A stretch of 64,000 bases of DNA from Desulfurococcales archaeon (GTDB lineage Archaea; Thermoproteota; Thermoprotei_A; Sulfolobales; Desulfurococcaceae): contig JALVYU010000011.1 of NCBI GenBank assembly GCA_027022365.1, positions 64,001 to 128,000 of the forward strand, given 5' to 3'. Made by a program: the position numbers and the translations under genes. Below the pieces are notes generated by a model. It had not been told where the DNA came from. It ran no database searches and saw only the letters and a list, made by a program, of their open reading frames with translations. Shown here piece after piece: positions 38,215-50,400 of this stretch (positions are counted from its first letter, which is position 1; each line of letters starts with the position of its first letter).

Positions 38215-39044
38215 TGAGTACACCAGGTGAAACCCCGCCTATCCGGTATTATTTGCTCAGGATACTGTTCGCTGGGATAGTAGTACTATCATGTACATGG
38301 GTGCTACTACCGATCATAATATCAATACTATATGCCTTCTCGACGCCACAGGACTTCTACAGCCCCAAAATGATCATCCCGCTACACTACACTCTCTCGA
38401 ACATCCAGAAACTACTGGCACTTGGAGCGGCTAAGGCAACAATGAACAGCATAATAGTCGCGGTAATGACTGTGATCTTCAGTTTCGCGCTCGGGCTACC
38501 CGCCGGGTACGCGTTCGCTAGATTCGCCTTCAAGGGCAAGGACTCGTTGAAGCTGCTGATTATAGGGCTGAGAATGTTCCCGATGCTGGTCATCGCTGTC
38601 CCGCTGGTAACACTATATATTAGGCTCGGCCTCAACGATACATTGCTCGGTGTAGCATTAGCACATACCACCATGGCCCTCCCCTTCGTCATACTGATCA
38701 CCTCGAGCATATTCGTCAGCGTACCAATAGAGCTCGAGGAAGCAGGCTACGTCTTCGGTCTCGACAGGAAGCAGACATTCCTAAGGATAACGCTGCCCCT
38801 AGCCCTTCCGGGACTAACCGCGGCCGCAATCTTCACTTTCATAATGTCCTGGAACGAAGTATTCATGGCGGCAGTACTTACACTAACGAACAGGACGTTG
38901 CCAGCATTCATACTGACATCGGCGATGGCGGCGCCCGATATAATTAAGTTCGCGGCATCATTCATAATGATCCTACCTGCACTGATCTTCGTATTCATCG
39001 CTCGTAAGTACCTCATATCCATGTGGGGTATAACCGTGAAATAA
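38214..39044 (+). CDS. Sugar ABC transporter permease (MalG-like)
   Basis: VPIELEEAGYVFG, LPLALPG, FIMSWNE. Confidence 0.92.
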   Translation: MSTPGETPPIRYYLLRILFAGIVVLSCTWVLLPIIISILYAFSTPQDFYSPKMIIPLHYTLSNIQKLLALGAAKATMNSIIVAVMTVIFSFALGLPAGYAFARFAFKGKDSLKLLIIGLRMFPMLVIAVPLVTLYIRLGLNDTLLGVALAHTTMALPFVILITSSIFVSVPIELEEAGYVFGLDRKQTFLRITLPLALPGLTAAAIFTFIMSWNEVFMAAVLTLTNRTLPAFILTSAMAAPDIIKFAASFIMILPALIFVFIARKYLISMWGITVK

Positions 39045-39055
39045 GGGTGAGGAAA

Positions 39056-40153
39056 ATGGTGGATGTTAAGCTAAGAGGTCTCGTTAAAAGGTTCGGTAAA
39101 ACGGTAGCACTAAGAGGCATAGACCTGGATATAAGGGATGGCGAGTTCATCGTCCTCCTAGGCCCATCAGGATGCGGAAAAACAACAACGCTCAGAATCA
39201 TAGCTGGTCTTGAGAAGCCGGATGAAGGCAGGGTATTGTTCGGCGAGAAAGACGTGACTTACCTGCCGCCTAAAGACAGGAATGTCTCCATGGTTTTCCA
39301 GAGCTATGCCGTCTGGCCCCACATGAAGGTTAGAGACAATATTGCCTTCCCACTCAAAATAAGGGGTGTCCCGCAGGAAGAGATCGATAAGAGGGTCAAG
39401 TGGGCGGCCGAACTACTCCAGATAGACGAGCTACTCGACAGGTACCCGCACCAGCTGAGCGGTGGGCAGAGGCAAAGGGTAGCAGTAGCCCGTGCAATAG
39501 TCATAGAGCCGGATGTACTACTCATGGACGAGCCTCTGAGCAACCTAGACGCATTACTAAGGGTTAAGATGAGGAGCGAGCTCAAGAAACTACAGCGCCG
39601 CATCGGCGTCACAACGATCTATGTCACCCACGACCAGGTAGAGGCAATGACGATGGGAGACAGAATAGCAGTAATGAATGCTGGCAAGATACAACAAGTT
39701 GGTACACCGGAAGAAATATACTTGAAGCCCGCAAACACGTTCGTGGCGGGATTCGTCGGCTCGCCTCAAATGAACTTCTTCGACGCAACAGTCAGGCTGG
39801 ACGGAGAAAAACTATTGGATGCGGGTGAGTTCACTATCTCGTTGAGCGACGACCTAGCCGCGGCGCTTAAAGACTATAATAATAAGACCGTAATTGTCGG
39901 TATAAGGCCCGAGTACATGTATCCACGCGAGCTAGCGCCTAAAAACATGGTTGGCCCCATGATAAAAGGTGTGATAGACTTCGTCGAGGCGCTGGGAAGC
40001 GACACAATTATACATCTTAAAGTAGGGAATAAGCATCTCGTCATAAAGCTGTCGGGGAGCCATCACTACAGGATCGGAGAGGAACTAGTAGTAGTGTTTA
40101 GTCTTGACAAGCTACACATCTTCGACAAGAACACGGGCAGAGCAATAATATAG
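39056..40153 (+). CDS. malK: Sugar ABC transporter ATP-binding protein
   Basis: GPSGCGKTT, LSGGQRQR, LLMDEPLSNLD, YVTHDQVEAM, C-terminal TOBE region. Confidence 0.93.
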   Translation: MVDVKLRGLVKRFGKTVALRGIDLDIRDGEFIVLLGPSGCGKTTTLRIIAGLEKPDEGRVLFGEKDVTYLPPKDRNVSMVFQSYAVWPHMKVRDNIAFPLKIRGVPQEEIDKRVKWAAELLQIDELLDRYPHQLSGGQRQRVAVARAIVIEPDVLLMDEPLSNLDALLRVKMRSELKKLQRRIGVTTIYVTHDQVEAMTMGDRIAVMNAGKIQQVGTPEEIYLKPANTFVAGFVGSPQMNFFDATVRLDGEKLLDAGEFTISLSDDLAAALKDYNNKTVIVGIRPEYMYPRELAPKNMVGPMIKGVIDFVEALGSDTIIHLKVGNKHLVIKLSGSHHYRIGEELVVVFSLDKLHIFDKNTGRAII

Positions 40154-40228
40154 CTTTCGCCCGTACCCCGCTCTCAGCTCAAAACACTCTTTTATCCCTC
40201 AAAACACTCCTAACTAACGTGATCAAGC

Positions 40229-40942
40229 ATGTTTGATGATTTCAATGAGAGGAATCCCCGCTGGAGACTACGCCATGACGGGGTCTCAAGGATCATTATA
40301 CAGGATAGTATCTTAAAGCTCTGTATGGGTCCGACCGAGGCACTATATTACAGCAACGCGGAGATAAGTGACGGATCCTTCGACGAGCTCATATGGAGCG
40401 GTGGAAAACTCTCGTTAAAAGCAAGGTTTACGGGTAACGGATACCCCCACTATGGTAGTGCAGGCTTCGGGTTCTGGAACTATAGTATGAGAATAGATCT
40501 CAGCTACCCGATATGGTTCATATACCTACGATCAGTGCGTGGGAGCTACCCTCTTCAAGGATTCTTCATCCAAGTAGGAAACAGGTTCGCGCCAATAATG
40601 CTTACCAGATCCATTGGCATATACAAGGCGTTGCTGACCCTGTTCCCCTTCGCCGCGCCCATAAGGATCCTATCCAGTAAACCAGTAATGCAAGAGATAG
40701 ATCTTGGAGAGTGGCACACATACACTATAGATTGGTCGGGCGGGAAAGCCGTATTTCGTATAGATGACCGGGAAATCGCGGATGTAAGCGTAGAATACAG
40801 GGGGAGGGCGAGGATAGATGCATGGCTAGATAACGCCGTGTTCCAGCCCTAGAGAAACGATCCGGCCTATGTCTACCGACATATAACCCATGAGAACAGG
40901 AGAGAGGCGTGCCTCGAGATCGACTGGATCAAGATGGAGTAA
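40229..40942 (+). pseudogene. Concanavalin A-like / GH16-like protein interrupted by an in-frame TAG
   Basis: WHTYTIDW..FRIDD jelly-roll motif; TAG at 40850-40852 is followed in frame by RNDPAYVYRH..CLEIDWIKME* (the typical final strand). Confidence 0.65.
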
Positions 40943-41005
40943 TCCCACGCGTCTCCCGGTAGAGGATTTAAATATAAACCAAGATAATTTTACCCGGTAA
41001 TCATT

Positions 41006-42196
41006 ATGGAAGCGACAGTTATCGATCTCCAACGAGTGGGCGGTGAAGCAGAGCTATTAGCCTATGATGTGGGCGGGATCGTTGAGAAAGCATACTTCAT
41101 TACGACAGCACCTGTGAGGGGCTTCGAAAGAATAGTTAAGGGCAAAAACCCTGTTTTCGCGGTTAACGCTGTTATGAGGATATGCGGTATATGCCATGCA
41201 GCACACGGAATAGCGTCGGCCGAGGCAATCGAGGACGCGATGGGGGTCTCACCGCCAGCTAATGGCCGCTACCTCAGAGAAACGATAGGATTACTCAACA
41301 AGATACAGAGCCACCTAATGCACTTAGTAATGATAATACCTGACCTCGTCCAAGAGCCTGAAAGGATGAAATACATCGTGGCAACCCTGAATATATTGAA
41401 TAAAATAAATGATGTCCTGTCAAAACTGGGAGGAAGCCCGACACACCCGCCCTATCTAGTGATCGGGGGAGTGAGCCGGGTACCCGACGAAAAACTCTGG
41501 CGAAGCTTCTCGAAGAACTAGACAAGCTCATAGAAGAATATATTGGTCTTCGAAGAAGCTTCGAAACAAGTATCTCTAGTAGCGACGTCTACGAGCAACT
41601 CAGGGCTAAGAAGCTTAGGCCAAAATATCTTGCATCACATGTTCTACGGAGACAAGTACAGCATAAGGATCGATAAGATCAGGGTCGTGAGGTACGAGGA
41701 TATTCACGAGGATCTACCTAGTAGGGCTCGTGAAAACACCTCAATGATCGCCCTCTATGACGACCAAGTCGTTGAGGCGGGTCCAAGGGCTAGGCTGAAC
41801 AAGTATTACGACTATAGCGAAGACTCATTATGGGGACTACAAGAGGCGAGACTCATTGAGATAGAATTATTCCTTAAGAGAACAAGAGAACTGCTTGAGA
41901 AAGTCGAGGTAGGAGAGCCAGGCTACTCGAAAGTCCTCGTATATAGGTCGGGGAAAGGAACAGGAGTTTTCGAAGCACCGAGAGGAACATTAATCCATAA
42001 GGTTGAGCTAGACGATAATGGAAGGATAAGCAAGTACAAGATAATCGTGCCCACAATGTTCAATATACCATTAATAGAGCAGGCCGCCCAGGGATTTCCG
42101 TCGAAAAACGTTGACGTCGTCCCAAGAATATATGATCCCTGCATACCCTGCTCCACACATATAATAAGATTAAAAAGGAAGGTGACGAGGCGATGA
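41006..42196 (+). pseudogene. [NiFe]-hydrogenase large subunit (group 3, Frh-like) with two frameshifts
   Basis: RGFE, RICGICH (L1), EAPRG, DPCIPCSTH (L2). The middle segment TLAKLLEELDKL..KYLASH is in another frame between ~41490 and ~41640. Confidence 0.85.
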
Positions 42197-42912
42197 GTGG
42201 AAAGCCGAGCATACTCATATATGATCTGGGCGGGTGTGAGGGATGCCCTCTATCAATAATGAGGAGCTATCCCAGATTAGCGAGAATATATGATGTCCAC
42301 GCTAAATGCATTGGTAACGCAGATATTGAGCGACAATACGATTACACGATCATAACTGGCCCTATTTGTCTAAACAGCCGGAGACACATTGAGGAGCTGA
42401 AGAAGATCAGGAAGAACTCGAAAATCCTAATAGCTTATGGCTCATGTGCTAGCGTTGGAGGCATAATACTCTACGCTAGGGGAGGCCAAGAGCCACGCCC
42501 CGATCATCGCGTCTATGCTCCAATATCAAAGATAGTCAGGGTAGACTACTCGATACCGGGATGCCCGCCCGCACCTCAGATGCTTATCAGCCTCCTTAGC
42601 TGTATACGTTCTGGGCGGGGATACTTCTTGGACTTGTTCAGGGCAGTTAGTGCTTACTCTAAACTGAGCGGATTCGATCTAATGGACGAGGTTGTGCTCA
42701 CCGGGATATGTGTCGGATGCGGTGCCTGTGTATTATCATGTCCTACAAACGCCCTTCACATGGTCGACGGCAGGCCAGACCTTATCGTCGAGAAATGCAT
42801 AAGATGTGGTACCTGTACTGTCAGATGCCCCAGATCCACTCAAATCCTAATACAGAGATATAAGTTACGGGAAAGAGCAAAAATGCTTGCTTCACTGGTA
42901 GGTGGCGAGTAA
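42193..42912 (+). CDS. [NiFe]-hydrogenase small subunit with C-terminal 2x[4Fe-4S] domain (FrhG-like)
   Basis: GCEGC, GSCASVGG, PGCPP, CVGCGACVLSCP, CIRCGTCTVRCP. Confidence 0.9.
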   Translation: MSGKPSILIYDLGGCEGCPLSIMRSYPRLARIYDVHAKCIGNADIERQYDYTIITGPICLNSRRHIEELKKIRKNSKILIAYGSCASVGGIILYARGGQEPRPDHRVYAPISKIVRVDYSIPGCPPAPQMLISLLSCIRSGRGYFLDLFRAVSAYSKLSGFDLMDEVVLTGICVGCGACVLSCPTNALHMVDGRPDLIVEKCIRCGTCTVRCPRSTQILIQRYKLRERAKMLASLVGGE

Positions 42913-43747
42913 TGGCCTTTCAGCCCACCACGATTGATCCTCCAATCCCCTAGGCCCATATATTGGAGCCTATATTGCCCGTTCAGCGGCAAAGAACGTT
43001 AAAGCTGAGGGAGGAGGGGCTGTAACCGCCATCCTCCTCTATCTGCTTGATAAGAAGAAGATTGACGGAGTCGTAGCAGCCAAGAAGACAAGAGGGATTA
43101 AGGGTGAAATCGTCCTCGCTAAGACGAGGGAGGAAATCCTTATGGCTGCTGGTAATAGGTGGAGCATAGTACCCTATACAATGAGGCTAAAAGAAACTCT
43201 CATGTCCACTGATGTAAGGAGGGTTGCGTTCGTAGGGCTCCCATGCCAGGCACAGTTCCTACGACAGATGAAGATGTTCCCGCTCATGGAGAGCGATTTC
43301 GCCAGCAAGATATTCGTGATTATAAGCCTGTTCTGTATGGGGACTTTCGCGGTTGAGAGCTTCACAGATTATCTGGCTAGGAACTATAATGTCCCCCTAG
43401 AAGAAGTAGAGAACATCGATATTGAGGGAGACTATCTAGTCATATCCTATTCTGGTAAGAAGCTCCGATTACCTATAGAATCCATAATCTACCACATACA
43501 GCACGGCTGTATACTATGCCCGGACTACACAGGTGTATTCGCAGATATCTCTGCTGGTAGAGCGTCCAGAGAGGGATACATGCTCATATTGACACGTAAT
43601 AGGTTGGCAGATAATATAGTCAATAATGCTGCCCATGACGACTACCTCGAGATCAGTGAGGCTACGGAGGAAGAGATTAGATATGCTAGGGAGAAGGCAC
43701 TGGATAAACTTAATAGATCATTAAAGTATATTATGAGGATCCTCTAG
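42912..43747 (+). pseudogene. Coenzyme F420 hydrogenase beta subunit (FrhB)-like, frameshifted near the start
   Basis: ATG at 42912 reads MAFQPTTIDP then stops. The shifted frame reads NPLGPY..EGGGAVTAILLYLL..VGLPCQ..LFCMG..GCILCPDYTGVFADISAG. Confidence 0.82.
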
Positions 43748-43790
43748 GTCAGGAGTAATAGAAAAATTATTTATTAAAAATATATTCTGT

Positions 43791-46292
<2,502 letters not shown>

Positions 46293-46624
46293 CTTCGGTC
46301 ACCACCGCTTCTCACATTTTTCCGGGTTCCATATCTGATTTCATAATTATTGTTGTTTAAAGATAAATAGTTTATTTCAAGAATGAATAATTTCTATGAG
46401 TTGTGGACATTTTTAGTAATAGTTTAGCCTGTTACGGAGCGATATAAATAATTAATGGGTATGTATCAACTTTATGAACTCTTATAAATCTTTACAATAG
46501 ATATATACAAATAGACTTAACCCACTCAAGTGTAAGTATCCTCCTATAATTATTACGAAACATGTTTAGCACCGTTAAACCTATACAATCAAATAATAAC
46601 TGAGAAAAAACACAGTGACCTGTA

Positions 46625-47371
46625 ATGCCGTCCATCGGCAATGTAGTGATCAGACTGATCGGCGTGAAAAAAGTATATGTGACAGGCACTGTGAAGACAT
46701 GGGGTCTAAGGGGGGTAGATCTGGAAGTCTATAGGGGGGAATTTATATCGATTATGGGGCCGAGCGGGAGCGGGAAATCAACTCTCTTAAACATGATTGG
46801 GCTTCTTGACAAACCGACGGAAGGAAAAATAATTATTGATGGGAGAAATGCGGCAGAACTAACATCGAAAGAACTAGCATATCTTAGGAACAGGAAAATA
46901 GGATTTGTGTTTCAGTCATTCAACCTCATCAATAGGTACACAGTACTTGAAAACATTGAGCTTCCACTCATTGTAAGGAGTGTGCCTAGGAGGACAAGGA
47001 TTGAGAAGGTAAAGAAGGCATTACTAATGGCTGGCGGTGATCTCTCATGGCTTCCCAAGCGTCCAATACAGCTCAGTGGTGGACAACAACAACGTGTAGC
47101 AATAGCGAGGGCTCTTGTAGGTGATCCAGAGATCATACTGGCTGATGAACCGACCGGGAACCTGGATAGGGCAAGCTCCCGCGCGGTCATCGAGACTTTT
47201 GTGAGGCTTAACAGGCAGGGCCAGACAATTGTTATGGTTACGCATGACCCTGAGGTTGCAAATTGCACAGAGAAAATATACTTGCTTCGAGACGGCCGTA
47301 TAGTAGGGGTTAAGGAGCCTGATCTCGATAAATGTATCTTAAAGACTGTATCACCTACTGCAAAGAAATAG
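46625..47371 (+). CDS. ABC transporter ATP-binding protein (LolD/MacB/SalX family)
   Basis: GPSGSGKST, IGFVFQSFNL, LSGGQQQR, LADEPTGNLD. Confidence 0.93.
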   Translation: MPSIGNVVIRLIGVKKVYVTGTVKTWGLRGVDLEVYRGEFISIMGPSGSGKSTLLNMIGLLDKPTEGKIIIDGRNAAELTSKELAYLRNRKIGFVFQSFNLINRYTVLENIELPLIVRSVPRRTRIEKVKKALLMAGGDLSWLPKRPIQLSGGQQQRVAIARALVGDPEIILADEPTGNLDRASSRAVIETFVRLNRQGQTIVMVTHDPEVANCTEKIYLLRDGRIVGVKEPDLDKCILKTVSPTAKK

Positions 47372-47438
47372 TTTATTTTCCTAGGATTACGATGTAATAT
47401 ATCGGTAAATATATCGGGAAACGAAATAGGTGGGAAAC

Positions 47439-50400
47439 ATGTGTAGATCAGCAAGTGTTTTAAGCCTCATACTAATTATCGCTATTCTTCTACAGCCTCT
47501 CACAACACTATATTACCTGGTACATTCCGCTACTCAACCATATTTCCAGCCCGTAAGTACTAGCTTCAGGTCGAGAACCGGAGGAGATGTTTATCCGGGT
47601 AGCCAGAACGCGGTGTTAAACACCGACTTCATGTTTAACGGAACGCAGAATGCGACACAAGTATTTGCATGCATTGTTTCGGCTCCAGCGGGATTTAGTT
47701 TTCATGATAGATGTAGCCCCGCCTATAACTACAATGACAAGATAGCTTCATCCGTTGCCCCTGGCCAGATAATCTATTTCCACTACATAGTGGATGTTAA
47801 TAGGACTGTTTCTCCCGGAAACTATACTGTTAAGTTCAATATAACATATTATTATAATTTGACTCTCCATTATCAGCTTGCTAATGTAACAGTAACAGTG
47901 CACTCTTATCCAGCATTAACGGTGAGTGTTGTGGATACTTATTGGTCGCCCGATGGATACCCGGGTGAAACGAGTGCATCGTTGAACATTGTCTTCAAGA
48001 ACACCGCTGACTCGACAATAAGTCAGGCAGAAGTAAAAGCTGTACTCAATGCACCCGTCGAGCCGACGAATCCGAGGACAACCATCAGGAACATATCACC
48101 ACATACTCGCTCAATAATAACATTCAATAACATATTTATAAAGCCAGAGGCAGCCCCCGGCAACTATACAGGCACTATAACCATAAATGCCGAAATGACT
48201 ACAAGCGACGGAGTAACATATAACGCTACAACAACAGTCAACATTACCTTCCAGATCCAGAGCTCACCCCCCGTAAACCTTAAGGTGATAGATTACGGGT
48301 TCGCAGGAGACTATCCAAGACCTGGTGCCAGAAATGTACAGCTATATCTAAAGATACAGAACAGGGATAGAGCAACGATAGAATCCATCGTAGCCAACAT
48401 AATGCTTACCAACGCCTACTTCATGAATGGTAGTATATACGGGGTAGTCACAGTCAATGGTCCCATAGGCTACGGCGAAGTATTCACGATAGCGTCTCCC
48501 CGCATAGTAATACCAGTTAACCAGACCTATGTCCGCGCAATATATGATCTCGATCTGCTCATGTCTTACAGCGGCTCAACATACTGGGCCCACGTCCGAT
48601 ATGATCTAACATTCTCGATCAGCCGTATGCCGTACGATATACACATACTCTACGTTCACTGGGGATCGGGGGAAGTTTATCCCGGCTCAACGGGGCAATC
48701 ACTAGTTGTAGGTATGGAGAACCTTATGCGTGCAAGAATAGAAGGGGCAGAAGCTGTACTCCAGCTACCTTCGAACGTCTTCTACCCACAAAAGATTTAT
48801 CTCGACAATGTTGGAATAACTGCGGGCTCTGTCGCAAGGCTCGTCTTCCAGGGAATAAACATCGAGAAAAGCGCTCGTCCGGGAAACTATACCTGTAACC
48901 TAACCATCAACGGACTACTTGTCGATACAGACGGCTCATACCGTACTATAAAGATTAACTTCACACTACTCATAGCAGTGTCCCAGCCCAACACAAGCCT
49001 CGTAGAACTAGTCACGTACAGATGGATCACGGGCAAAGCCTACCCGGCGATGAACAATACAGGCGTTGAAGCGCTTCTCCAAGTTATTCGTAACGCCGAA
49101 CTAAGAGATATTGTAGCAACCATAATACTGCCCAAGGGAATATGGGCTGAGACAACGGCAAGACACAACGAGACAATAACGCTGAACGGCCCGTACGGCT
49201 ATGGATCAATAATACCGCTACGATTCACAAGCATAAGCATCGATAGAGACAACATGGGCACAATATACGTGGCGATAAAACTAGCCGCTCAAGCAACTAT
49301 AAACGGGGCCAACACATGGATGAACAAAACGATATTACTTAGACTAAATATTGAGCCGCCAAGCAATATCCTCGAGATAATAAGCGCTCGGTGGGGCTCG
49401 GGCAAAGCATACCCATGGACAGCACAGGCAAGCATACAGGTACTAACAAGGATTAGTGATGACATAACCGTTGACAGGCTCTCTGCGAAAATAATCTATC
49501 CACAAGGCATATTATCATCACATACAGGCGGAGCATACGATACATGGTATACAAACACACCGCACCAGTACGGCGACATAATATCTGTCCAGTATACCGG
49601 GGTAAAGATAGAAGGACTGAGCCCAGGAAACTACAGCTTCACAATAATATATACGGGAATAATAACAATCAATGGAGGAAAAGCCTACTTCAAAATAAAC
49701 AAGACCGTAACACTAGAGATCAGTAGACCCGTTCTAAACATAAAACTAGTGGATGCTTCATGGAACATACCAGATCCATCACGTGTAATGGACAATGTGG
49801 GTATCAACATACTTCTTTATAACAACCAGACGGGGACAATAACACAATTAACAGCCAAGCTACTCCTACCACCAGGTGCCGAGAGCCTTGAGGGAAGAAA
49901 ATACATTATAAAAACAATTACAAATTCAGTCGCATATGCGCAAGTCTTCAGTATATCGTTTAACGGCATCAGGATAAATACCACTAATAACATCATGTCT
50001 TTCACATTAGTGCTCACAGCAAGAATCGATGACTCAGACACAATATACCTGCTCAACAACACATTGTGCTTCAGGTTAGAAATAAACAGTACAAACACGA
50101 CGTTCATACTGTCACGGATAGCCACAACATATAACGGGCAGCCGGCACCCCTGCTCCCAACAGCAAAAGGAGTGACATTATCGATAACCCTCCTAAACAT
50201 TAGGAGCTACACTATAAACAGCCTGACAGCAGAGATCATACTGCCAAGAGGCCTTGAGACCATAGGCTATCGAAGGAGTGTCGCGGGCCCAGTATCTCCG
50301 GGCGCAACAGTGACCCTCACCTACAGGCTAAACATAGGTGATCTCGAGCCCGGGGCCTACAAGGCAGTATTGAAGCTATTCTTCACGAGGACAAACAATG

